From a virus (lineage: Duplodnaviria; Caudoviricetes): DNA of 31,952 nt. A program made the position numbers and the translations under genes. Shown one piece after another: positions 7,139 to 14,953 of the stretch. The stretch is taken from positions 1 through 31,952 of IMG/VR virus record IMGVR_UViG_3300020045_003285, one strand, 5' to 3'. Under the pieces are notes generated by a model, which saw only the letters and a program-made list of their open reading frames with translations, did no database searches and was not told the origin of the DNA. Numbering within the stretch: the first letter of the stretch is position 1; every line of letters begins with the position of its first letter.

Positions 7139-7588
7139 TTAATTTTTTTCATGTATATTACCAATAACTTCAACCCATTCTAAAAAAGTTTCAGCAGATG
7201 AAATACTCCAAATTTTCCAAGAATCTTCTTGTTCATTATATTGATAAGCAAAAGCGCTCTTATAAAAAATTACTTTTGATTTAATAATAAAATCAATATC
7301 CTCAGGTTTTTTACCACATTTACTACAAAAATCATCTAAAGCAGATATTTCATTTTCACATCCACTAGATTTGCACCAAGACTTTTTTTCGCAAAAATTA
7401 ACAATATCATTTTCGTAAATTTCTTTTTTATTTTTATCTATAGAGCCAGTAAATTGACATCTTGTAAATGGATTTATTTCTACAACTTCTATTGCTGTTT
7501 GAATAAAATGTTTATCCCCAATGTTGTAGTAATTTCCAAAATACCATTTATTATCATATCCTAATCCTTTAAATTTTATTTCTCTCAT
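7139..7588 (-). CDS. YopX-family protein with an inserted Cys4 motif
   Basis: MREIKFKG...CQFTGSIDKNKKEIYENDIV...EVIGNIHE is the YopX signature. Confidence 0.88.
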   Translation of the reverse strand: MREIKFKGLGYDNKWYFGNYYNIGDKHFIQTAIEVVEINPFTRCQFTGSIDKNKKEIYENDIVNFCEKKSWCKSSGCENEISALDDFCSKCGKKPEDIDFIIKSKVIFYKSAFAYQYNEQEDSWKIWSISSAETFLEWVEVIGNIHEKN

Positions 7589-7637
7589 CTTAACACATTT
7601 AAAATTTTTGTAAATCTACTTTTCACAATTCCGTTTG

Positions 7638-7841
7638 TTATAATTTCTCGCTTATTAAATTGGTTAGTGTTTCAATAACCCATTCTTGCAAATGGTTTAA
7701 TATCGTATGTCCGTTAATTGATACGTTTAAGATTGTAACCGTACCTTTATAACCAGTGCTTTCATCGGCTTCGGTTATTTCGCAATAACATTCGTATCTA
7801 ATGCCCTCGTAATTGATTTCGTAAGTTTCGTTTTTAAACAT
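7638..7841 (-). CDS. Hypothetical protein
   Basis: ORF track. Confidence 0.65.
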   Translation of the reverse strand: MFKNETYEINYEGIRYECYCEITEADESTGYKGTVTILNVSINGHTILNHLQEWVIETLTNLISEKL

Positions 7842-7843
7842 CT

Positions 7844-8035
7844 TTATTTATTTTTTAGATTTTCCGCTACACATTTGTCGAGTGCTTGTGTTTGCAATTG
7901 GTTGATAAATTCGTTTACTTGTTCTTTTGTAAGTTCATAGTCTTTTAAAGGAACTACTCTTTCAATTCTGAGTTTTTTAGTAGGTAGCGTTCCAAATTTT
8001 GGTTTTGCTCCAGCGTTACGTTCGTTTTTTTTCAT
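7844..8035 (-). CDS. Small basic putative DNA-binding protein, copy 2
   Basis: Probable start MKKNERNAGAKPKF at 8035, by analogy with the paralog at 4969-5112. Confidence 0.7.
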   Translation of the reverse strand: MKKNERNAGAKPKFGTLPTKKLRIERVVPLKDYELTKEQVNEFINQLQTQALDKCVAENLKNK

Positions 8036-8052
8036 TTCATTAATTTTGTAAA

Positions 8053-8349
8053 TTACCAACTTACTTCAATTAAATATTCTCCCTCTTCAATAAAACCATC
8101 TTCAAAAAGTACTTGAAAGATTTGATGAACAGAATGATTATTATAATCTCCGTTTCTTATTTCTTCTGCTTCATTACTGAAAAACATTGCTTTATTTGGT
8201 ACCTCAAAATCATAATTTGAATAATTATTAGCTTCATGTTGTGCTACAAATTCTAAATTACCTTCATATTTTGATTCAACAAATCTATCAAAATCATTAC
8301 AATCAATAGTGAATATTGTTTTACTTTTAAATGCTTTTTTAAATTCCAT
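8053..8349 (-). CDS. Acidic hypothetical protein (first gene after the duplicated leader)
   Basis: ORF track; D/E-rich. Confidence 0.75.
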   Translation of the reverse strand: MEFKKAFKSKTIFTIDCNDFDRFVESKYEGNLEFVAQHEANNYSNYDFEVPNKAMFFSNEAEEIRNGDYNNHSVHQIFQVLFEDGFIEEGEYLIEVSW

Positions 8350-8467
8350 AATATTTTGTTTTAGTGTTTCGCTTTATTGCTTATACAAATATACAACCCT
8401 TTTTTAATTACACAACGTTTTAATTAATTATTTTGCGTTTTAATTGTTATTTATATTAATTCTAAAT
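8347..8467 (-). promoter_or_regulatory. Duplicated promoter/leader cassette, copy 2
   Basis: TATATTTG at 8393-8386; palindrome ATTTATATTAATTCTAAAT at 8449-8467. Confidence 0.75.
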
Positions 8468-8476
8468 AACGAGCAT

Positions 8477-8507
8477 AAAAAAAGCGATACATTTCTGCAC
8501 CGCTTTT
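8477..8507 (-). terminator. Intrinsic terminator ending the late/lysis operon
   Basis: Minus strand AAAAGCGGTGC-AGAAAT-GTATCGCTTTTTTT, with G-U pairs. Confidence 0.75.
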
Positions 8508-8530
8508 CTCCTATCAACCAAACCAATAAA

Positions 8531-9034
8531 TTATGAAAGTGTAAATCTATGAAAATATTTACGATAAATAAAATAAATAGGTATAATTAATAAAAACCAA
8601 AGTAGCCACCAATACGAACTTTTACGCTCTGTTTGTTTTATCTTATTATCAATCTTTGTTTCTGCCTTTGTATTAGCTTTTTTAACTACGTTGTTTTGAA
8701 TAACTTCTTTTTTCTCTATAACTATATTATTTTTCTTTTTTAACGTCTTAAATCGAACATTTTTATAAACTTTTCCATCTATAACAATTTCTTTTGTGTT
8801 GTCGATTGGTTCTATTATTTGCTCTGATGTATCGGTGTAATCAATTACTTTTACATTTGTTTCAATTGTTTCCTTTTCAGTAATAGTTTCCGATGTTTCA
8901 ATTTTCTGAACTTCTTTTACTTTTTCAGTATTAGTTTTCCTTGTTCCGCAACTACAAGTAAATGCAAGTATCAGAATTAAAATAACGGCATACCATCCTA
9001 TTCTTATGTATTGGTTAATTTGGTGTAACTGCAT
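8531..9034 (-). CDS. Putative unimolecular spanin (lipoprotein with a C-terminal TM)
   Basis: Hydrophobic signal ending LAFTC27SC29G, T/K/E/V-rich body, C-terminal WWLLWFLLIIPIYFIY-RKYFHR; last gene of the lysis region. Confidence 0.65.
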   Translation of the reverse strand: MQLHQINQYIRIGWYAVILILILAFTCSCGTRKTNTEKVKEVQKIETSETITEKETIETNVKVIDYTDTSEQIIEPIDNTKEIVIDGKVYKNVRFKTLKKKNNIVIEKKEVIQNNVVKKANTKAETKIDNKIKQTERKSSYWWLLWFLLIIPIYFIYRKYFHRFTLS

Positions 9035-9239
9035 CTGAATAGTTTTTAACTGATTGGTCTGTTAAAACATTATCTCTACTTGATAATTGAATTGCTCTTA
9101 AATTTAAAGGAACTCTTTTGCAAAAATAACCATTGTTTAAATTATCTGTATTGTTTAAATCTCTATAAGATATCCAAGCAAAACTACCCTCATTTGTTGT
9201 TTGAATATTAAATACCTCAATGTTTTCTAAATTTTCCAT
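9015..9239 (-). CDS. Hypothetical protein inserted in the lysis cassette (moron-like)
   Basis: ORF track; has its own promoter (TACTTTTG 9322-9315) and structured leader. Confidence 0.65.
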   Translation of the reverse strand: MENLENIEVFNIQTTNEGSFAWISYRDLNNTDNLNNGYFCKRVPLNLRAIQLSSRDNVLTDQSVKNYSDAVTPN

Positions 9240-9256
9240 AATATATTGTTTTAAAA

Positions 9257-9322
9257 ATTAAAGCCAACCCTCGCTACAAAGATTGACTTTTAATATTGTT
9301 AGTGTAGCGAAATACAAAAGTA
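9257..9322 (-). ncRNA. Promoter plus structured 5' leader C
   Basis: 5' segment UCGCUACA (9310-9303) is complementary to loop UGUAGCGA (9278-9271) of hairpin AAAGUCAAUC/GGUUGGCUUU, whose two G-U pairs form on the minus strand. Confidence 0.55.
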
Positions 9323-9339
9323 GTGAATTTATTTTAAAT

Positions 9340-9366
9340 AAAAAAACCACCTCGTTAGAAGTGGTT
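9340..9366 (-). terminator. Intrinsic terminator downstream of the lysozyme
   Basis: Minus strand AACCACTTC-TAAC-GAGGTGGTT-TTTTT. Confidence 0.75.
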
Positions 9367-9450
9367 GTGTTTTGGAAACTTAATAATTACAGCTTGCCGA
9401 CCATTTAAATATAAGTTTGACACATTTACTTTTCAAAGTAACAACTAATT

Positions 9451-9903
9451 CTATTTAGAAACAAAATAAATTGCACTTTCTTTTTCTCTACGATTAACTA
9501 ATCCTTGTACTTTTTTACCACCAGCTTTTACCCATTTTAAGAACTCGTTTTTAATCGTTACATCATTTGGGTTGTTATTTACTTTTTTAAGCAATGTAGA
9601 GGTTGCAAATGCGCCAGTTCCTACATTATAAGCAAAAGAAACTAAAGCGTTAAATTGATTTTGGCTTAATTCACTTGTTACCATTTCATCAACTCTACTT
9701 GCAAACTTATCCGCAATAGTTTTAAATATTTCAAAGGCGTATTCTTTTGTGATTGGCTCGTCTAATAAAGTCACTCTTTTACCATTTGGATAATAAGTAT
9801 TTCCGTAACCTATAGTTGGTATTTTTGCGCTACATAGATAAGGTTTTAATTTTAAACCCTCAAACTCGCAAATTAGTGTATATCCGTTTTCGTTTAGTTT
9901 CAT
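9451..9903 (-). CDS. Endolysin, GH24 phage lysozyme
   Basis: E15-x8-C24-x5-T30 triad (EGLKLKPYLCSAKIPTIGYG), QNQFNALVSFAYNVG, GLVNRREKE. Confidence 0.95.
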   Translation of the reverse strand: MKLNENGYTLICEFEGLKLKPYLCSAKIPTIGYGNTYYPNGKRVTLLDEPITKEYAFEIFKTIADKFASRVDEMVTSELSQNQFNALVSFAYNVGTGAFATSTLLKKVNNNPNDVTIKNEFLKWVKAGGKKVQGLVNRREKESAIYFVSK

Positions 9904-10217
9904 TTTATTGATAGTTTAATAATTAATCCTACTACAATCGCAATAACCGCGCTTATAACAACACCCATTAACTTAAAATATAATTTATGGTCATTTATTA
10001 CGTCATCGTGAACTTCTTGTTTTTGCTCAATAGATTGAACTTTATTTACCAATCCAATATTTCCGTTTACATCCGAACCAACTAATGCGTTTTTAATTTC
10101 GGTTAATAATCTTGTATTGGTGTCATTTACTTGTTTCTGTAAATCTTGATGGTGTCTAATGCGTCCGATTTCGCCTTTTATCTCGATTATATCTTTTTGC
10201 TCTTGCGTGGTTGCCAT
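9900..10217 (-). CDS. Coiled-coil protein with a C-terminal TM (holin/antiholin-like)
   Basis: C-terminal LMGVVISAVIAIVVGLII; ATGA-coupled to the endolysin. Confidence 0.55.
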   Translation of the reverse strand: MATTQEQKDIIEIKGEIGRIRHHQDLQKQVNDTNTRLLTEIKNALVGSDVNGNIGLVNKVQSIEQKQEVHDDVINDHKLYFKLMGVVISAVIAIVVGLIIKLSIK

Positions 10218-10220
10218 AAA

Positions 10221-10484
10221 TTACTCTTTGTCTTTATCGTTTAATAATGTTTTTAATTCGGCTTTTTTTGCGTAGGCATTAATACCAACCATAACAGAAA
10301 TAAACATCAATAGACTATTAAATACTTGAATAGCATAAACGTTAACCGTTTTTAGTTCAAGTAACCTATCGGAAACCACAATAAACAAACCTATTGCCAT
10401 TGTTATTGGAAACGTAACCGAAACCAATACTCTTTTCATTGAGTACTTACCGCGTATTTTTAATGTGTCGTCTATAAATTTCAT
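10221..10484 (-). CDS. Putative holin (2 TM, charged C-tail)
   Basis: Two hydrophobic helices and a KKAELK...DKDKE tail; lies in the lysis cassette. Confidence 0.55.
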   Translation of the reverse strand: MKFIDDTLKIRGKYSMKRVLVSVTFPITMAIGLFIVVSDRLLELKTVNVYAIQVFNSLLMFISVMVGINAYAKKAELKTLLNDKDKE

Positions 10485-10846
10485 CTATTTATTTTTCTAT
10501 CAATTAATAAAACCAACGGCATAAATATAATAATTAAATTCCACATCATAAACGTTTGATAGTTACATTCTAAATAAAAATTCAATAACTTAAACGCTAA
10601 ATAGAAAAAACTAAAAGCAAAACAATGTTTTTGAAACAATGTTAACTTATTTAATTTATTCCAAAACGCATAATAAATAATCGTTATAAACATCGCAATA
10701 TAAAAAGGTGTATCGATTAAATCAATAACATTATACCTTTCAGTTGTATAACCCATAAAAGTAATTCTTTCGCTATACCAATCAGTACGCAAAATCATTA
10801 ACAATATAAAGTTATAAATCAAAAGGTATAATGCTATGTTTTTCAT
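10481..10846 (-). CDS. Polytopic membrane protein (about 4 TM)
   Basis: Four hydrophobic segments. Confidence 0.6.
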   Translation of the reverse strand: MKNIALYLLIYNFILLMILRTDWYSERITFMGYTTERYNVIDLIDTPFYIAMFITIIYYAFWNKLNKLTLFQKHCFAFSFFYLAFKLLNFYLECNYQTFMMWNLIIIFMPLVLLIDRKINR

Positions 10847-10986
10847 TATGGTTTCTTTTTAGGGGGCAAAGGTGCGCCTATCTTTTCGCCGTTCTCATCA
10901 ATTGCGTAAATATCGCCAATAGTATAGCCTTGTAATCTAAGTGCTATATCAAATTCCTCAATCATTCTCTCTAATTCTGCTGTCAT
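10846..10986 (-). CDS. 46-aa hypothetical protein (not in track)
   Basis: MTAELERMIEEFDIALRLQGYTIGDIYAIDENGEKIGAPLPPKKKP; TAATG coupling. Confidence 0.55.
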   Translation of the reverse strand: MTAELERMIEEFDIALRLQGYTIGDIYAIDENGEKIGAPLPPKKKP

Positions 10987-11004
10987 ATTTAAAATTTTAA
11001 TTTG

Positions 11005-12294
11005 TTAATCTTCTATAAAAACTTTTATCCTTTGTATCGCATATCCACAAACTATTGCAGATGCAGAATTATTTCTTTGCGTATGTATCGTTAGTGTTGA
11101 AGGGTTACAGCTTATCAATCCTGTTGCTGTAGCGCTAGTTGTTAAATTTTTAATATCATAAGTTGTATCATTAGAACCTGAAAGTCTATAAAATTTAATC
11201 AAATATTCGTTAGTTTGACTTTTAGGAAAAGATGCTCCTAAGTCAATTTTAGTATTCAATCCAGTTGTAAAATTTTTATAATAAATACAACAATTTGTAT
11301 CTGTATTATCACTACCCATTCCAATAAAAGAACCAGTATATGTTGATGGGTTATTCCCCCCCAATGTTCCGGTTTCCGCTAATCCGTAAAAATATTTTAC
11401 ATCTGATATTGCAGATGCATCCTCATTTTTAACTCTTATTTCAAAATAATATCCTTTGTTTTGAGATATCCTATTAAAGGAACTCTCACGAATAGATGTT
11501 GTCGAGTTTGCTGTAGATGCACTAACTATTTTTCTGTATAAAATTGGAGAAATAACCAATAAAGATTGGGTTCCTGAAAAACTTAAAACGTTAGTCCCTA
11601 TGCTTAAAAACCCATTTGCTTCTTGATAAATTAAATGAATTGGGAATAAATCTGAATAAGAAGTACCACCACCACCACTAATTGTTAAATCTCCCGAGCC
11701 TAATATGCTATTTCCGTTTATTGTTTTAATGTTCGTACCGCTTACTAAAATATTTTGATAAAATGTATCTGCCTTACCTTTAATGTAATTCCAAACATTT
11801 AACCAAGTTACTTTTTTAGCTTTGTTAGAATCTGCACTATCAACTAAATCTGTTGAATCGGCATCTACTAAAGTTGTTTTTGCATTTAATCCATTGGCAA
11901 AAGCTCCGAAATTATTTTCGGTTAAAGTTGCTTGTTTTGCGTCTAAAGCAGTTTGCAAATCGGTTTGAGCAGATAATGTGCCAGTAATTGAACCCCAAGA
12001 AGTAGCACCACTTGGGTCACTTGTAACCAAAGCATTATAGCCTAACTCAATTAATCTAGCTCTTATTTCAGCATTAGTAGTAAATGTTTCAGGAGTTCCA
12101 CCAGTACCATTTTTAATAATAACATCAGTTGCTAGTACTTCTTTTCTTGGAAAAGGCGCACCATTACGCATTTGTAAAATTAAAGTATTTGCAGTATTAT
12201 TAAAAACTATTTCCCAATTTGAGAAATTCATTTCCTTAAACCAGTCAAAATGAGTAAAGTTTTTATCTGAAACCTTTGTTATTGTGAAATTCAT
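11005..12294 (-). CDS. Tail fibre / receptor-binding protein
   Basis: WGSITGTLSAQTDLQTALDAKQ and LVSGTNIKTINGNSILGSGDL fibre motifs, GGGG hinge, beta-rich C-terminal head; last tail gene. Confidence 0.7.
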   Translation of the reverse strand: MNFTITKVSDKNFTHFDWFKEMNFSNWEIVFNNTANTLILQMRNGAPFPRKEVLATDVIIKNGTGGTPETFTTNAEIRARLIELGYNALVTSDPSGATSWGSITGTLSAQTDLQTALDAKQATLTENNFGAFANGLNAKTTLVDADSTDLVDSADSNKAKKVTWLNVWNYIKGKADTFYQNILVSGTNIKTINGNSILGSGDLTISGGGGTSYSDLFPIHLIYQEANGFLSIGTNVLSFSGTQSLLVISPILYRKIVSASTANSTTSIRESSFNRISQNKGYYFEIRVKNEDASAISDVKYFYGLAETGTLGGNNPSTYTGSFIGMGSDNTDTNCCIYYKNFTTGLNTKIDLGASFPKSQTNEYLIKFYRLSGSNDTTYDIKNLTTSATATGLISCNPSTLTIHTQRNNSASAIVCGYAIQRIKVFIED

Positions 12295-12295
12295 T

Positions 12296-13369
12296 TTATT
12301 GGTTTTTAGATTTTCTACTTATTTTTATGTTTCTTCTACCTATTGTAACAGTACCAGTATCTACTCTTGCGTATAAAGTACCACCATTTGTCAAAAATGT
12401 AGATAAAGTAAAATAGTCTAATGGCATACTTTGGTCGTATGGAGCTGTTCCAATTGCTTGAATCCAACCAGTAAACGCTTTATTTGTTCCAGCAACACCG
12501 CCACTAATATCAATTATAAATTCTATTGCAGTTGGTGAGCCAGTTCGTGCCGTAATTGTACAATCAAAACGCCCATCAAAGTCATCGCCTATTGAAATAG
12601 GAGTTATTTTATTTGCAGTAAATAAACTTGCAATTCCTCTTATTTCACGTGGCAAATATAGTTCTGTAGTTGAAGCGCCTAATTTATCAATTGTGATTTG
12701 CGTGTAAGAAGTTCCTATAGATATAGTTGGTGTTGCTAAACTATCAGCATAATATGCCCAACCTACAATGTCCTCTTGTGGTAAAATTAACGGATATGAG
12801 TAAGGCGTTGGTATGTTTAATTTCCTGTTATCTAATTCGCACTTAAATCCGCTAAAATATAACTTAATTGGTGTTACTCCGCTTCCTGGATAATCTCCAA
12901 AAACTTTAATAGCAAAACTAATTGTTTTGTTTTCAATCACATTAAAAGAGCAATTAAAAGATACAAACTCGTTTAATTCAAATTCGTTAAAATAAAATTC
13001 ATTTTCAAAACTAAACTCAGGATTTCCGTCAATAAATACATCAACGCCAATGCTACTAATTTGGTCAGTATCAAAACTACCATCTTCATTCATTATCTTA
13101 AAACTAAAAAAATATTTACCAGCTTTTTTTGTAACACAATTTAAAGCATCCCCAAAGCTAAAAACTTCATTTAATCCAGTCCCCGGATTGTATGTAGTAA
13201 ACAAATAAGCGCTTTTACTATCTTTAGCAAAAGCATTGTTATCAACAATAGTTAATGAACCATTTCCTGAGTAAGAAATAGTAGGGCTATCAATAAATAA
13301 TGATTTTTTACTTATTAAGTTTTCAGAAAATTCATTCTGATAGATATTTGATTTTATTAAGTCAGCCAT
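12296..13369 (-). CDS. Tail/baseplate structural protein, possible carbohydrate-binding domains
   Basis: Position in the tail module; beta-rich two-part sequence. Confidence 0.5.
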   Translation of the reverse strand: MADLIKSNIYQNEFSENLISKKSLFIDSPTISYSGNGSLTIVDNNAFAKDSKSAYLFTTYNPGTGLNEVFSFGDALNCVTKKAGKYFFSFKIMNEDGSFDTDQISSIGVDVFIDGNPEFSFENEFYFNEFELNEFVSFNCSFNVIENKTISFAIKVFGDYPGSGVTPIKLYFSGFKCELDNRKLNIPTPYSYPLILPQEDIVGWAYYADSLATPTISIGTSYTQITIDKLGASTTELYLPREIRGIASLFTANKITPISIGDDFDGRFDCTITARTGSPTAIEFIIDISGGVAGTNKAFTGWIQAIGTAPYDQSMPLDYFTLSTFLTNGGTLYARVDTGTVTIGRRNIKISRKSKNQ

Positions 13370-13818
13370 TATTCTGTAAAGTATTTAAAGTTAATATTAA
13401 TTGTTTCGCCATTAGCTATCGGACTAATAACAGTTAAAACCCCATCTACTAAATTGAATTTAATTGGTCTATTGTCAGAATCAGAAAAACCATAAACTTT
13501 AGTAAAATCATAAGGTATATAATCCGCACCTACTATTGTAAGAATTGTTGATATTGAAATTGACGAACCAGTATTGTTTTTAATCCTACCATACATCGTA
13601 ACTTCACTACCTGACTTTCTAATATTCAAAGTGTATTCTTTAGTCGATGAACTTTCTTGCGTTATAGTATTGCTCGATTGTGTTTCTGTTGTTATTGTTG
13701 GGTATAATTCGTTTATCAAAGAACTACTAACCTCTCTATCTTTTATAGGTAGTCTTTTTGGACTTGTAATATCCCCCCATCTAGCCGTTATATAGGCTAA
13801 TATATCTGTTTTATTCAT
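13369..13818 (-). CDS. Putative minor tail protein
   Basis: Position; coupled stop/start. Confidence 0.5.
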   Translation of the reverse strand: MNKTDILAYITARWGDITSPKRLPIKDREVSSSLINELYPTITTETQSSNTITQESSSTKEYTLNIRKSGSEVTMYGRIKNNTGSSISISTILTIVGADYIPYDFTKVYGFSDSDNRPIKFNLVDGVLTVISPIANGETININFKYFTE

Positions 13819-13825
13819 ATCTTTT

Positions 13826-14953
13826 TTATGTTAAATAATAATTTTCATCGTAATATGTTTCATCGTAATACCCATCCCCTATTGTAAAAGTCCATTCGTT
13901 GATAGCGTATCCATTAAATATTTCGCCATTAGAAAAAACAATACCGCTTGGAACTACTATTGAATAATTTCCATTAGTAAAAGTGTAGAAACTATAGTCT
14001 AAATACAAAATATTATCTATTACGCTTGTTGTTGCCTCAGTTACTGAAACGCCATCTTTGTATAACTCAATACTTGCGCCACCTATAAAACTTATATTCT
14101 TATTAAATGTCAAAGAAAATAGACCATCAGTTGAACTTAAAACACTTTGATGTACTGGGTTTCTTTCAATAACTTGTAAAGGCTCATAAATTTGAAACTG
14201 CCAATCGTATTTTGTATTTTGTGGGTTAACTATAAATTCCGCTTTTAGTAAATTACTATCAACTATCCTTTCCTCAGTTTTTAAATCTGATATAACCGCT
14301 CCAATACCATTTAAATAAACATTATCAGAATTTATTAAAATAGGTAATCTATCGTTAATAAAATAATCTAAACTATCAATTAAATACTTTCGTAAATAAG
14401 TTGTTATTTGTTTGTAATTAACTCGAGTTCCAAAAGATGTTGTATATTGTTTTGAACTAAGTTCGTTTTGCGGTGTTTGGTCGAAACAATTTACTAAACG
14501 AACACTTCTTTTATACTCGTCGCTAATATCCCAATAATCAACCCTTGTAGAAATATCACTATTGAAATTTGTTATTAAGAATGAGTTTGAATAATAAATA
14601 TTACCATTTACTAAATCGGTTAATTTAAGATGCAAAGGCTTAGCCCAAAAATCTTGGTTTACCATTCCGAACTCAAACGATATTTGTTTTATACCATTTG
14701 CATCTTCAAAACCATCAAAATAAAAATTACTAGTAACATCTAATTTTACATTTCCGCAACCATCAATTAACCCTGCAGAATATCCACCAACAAAAACAAT
14801 ATCTACATCGCTATTAGAAGTTTGTAAAAACGTTTCATCAGTTCTTAACTGAATAAACCCTTGATACCTTAACTTTGAAATAGGAGGGTTTTCATTTAGT
14901 ATTGCATCAGCAAAATTTGAGTATAGCTTTATAAAAGAAAAATCTCTATTCAT
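13826..14953 (-). CDS. Tail-tip protein with a C-terminal Ig-like domain
   Basis: LTFNKNI...GASIELYK...YSIVVPSGIV...WTFT resembles a Big_5/SbsA-type Ig fold. Confidence 0.6.
   Translation of the reverse strand: MNRDFSFIKLYSNFADAILNENPPISKLRYQGFIQLRTDETFLQTSNSDVDIVFVGGYSAGLIDGCGNVKLDVTSNFYFDGFEDANGIKQISFEFGMVNQDFWAKPLHLKLTDLVNGNIYYSNSFLITNFNSDISTRVDYWDISDEYKRSVRLVNCFDQTPQNELSSKQYTTSFGTRVNYKQITTYLRKYLIDSLDYFINDRLPILINSDNVYLNGIGAVISDLKTEERIVDSNLLKAEFIVNPQNTKYDWQFQIYEPLQVIERNPVHQSVLSSTDGLFSLTFNKNISFIGGASIELYKDGVSVTEATTSVIDNILYLDYSFYTFTNGNYSIVVPSGIVFSNGEIFNGYAINEWTFTIGDGYYDETYYDENYYLT

Noticed and set aside
11005-14953. Diversity-generating retroelement or invertible tail-fibre cassette
   Set aside because: No reverse transcriptase or invertase, and I saw no template/variable repeat pair or flanking inverted repeats in the window.
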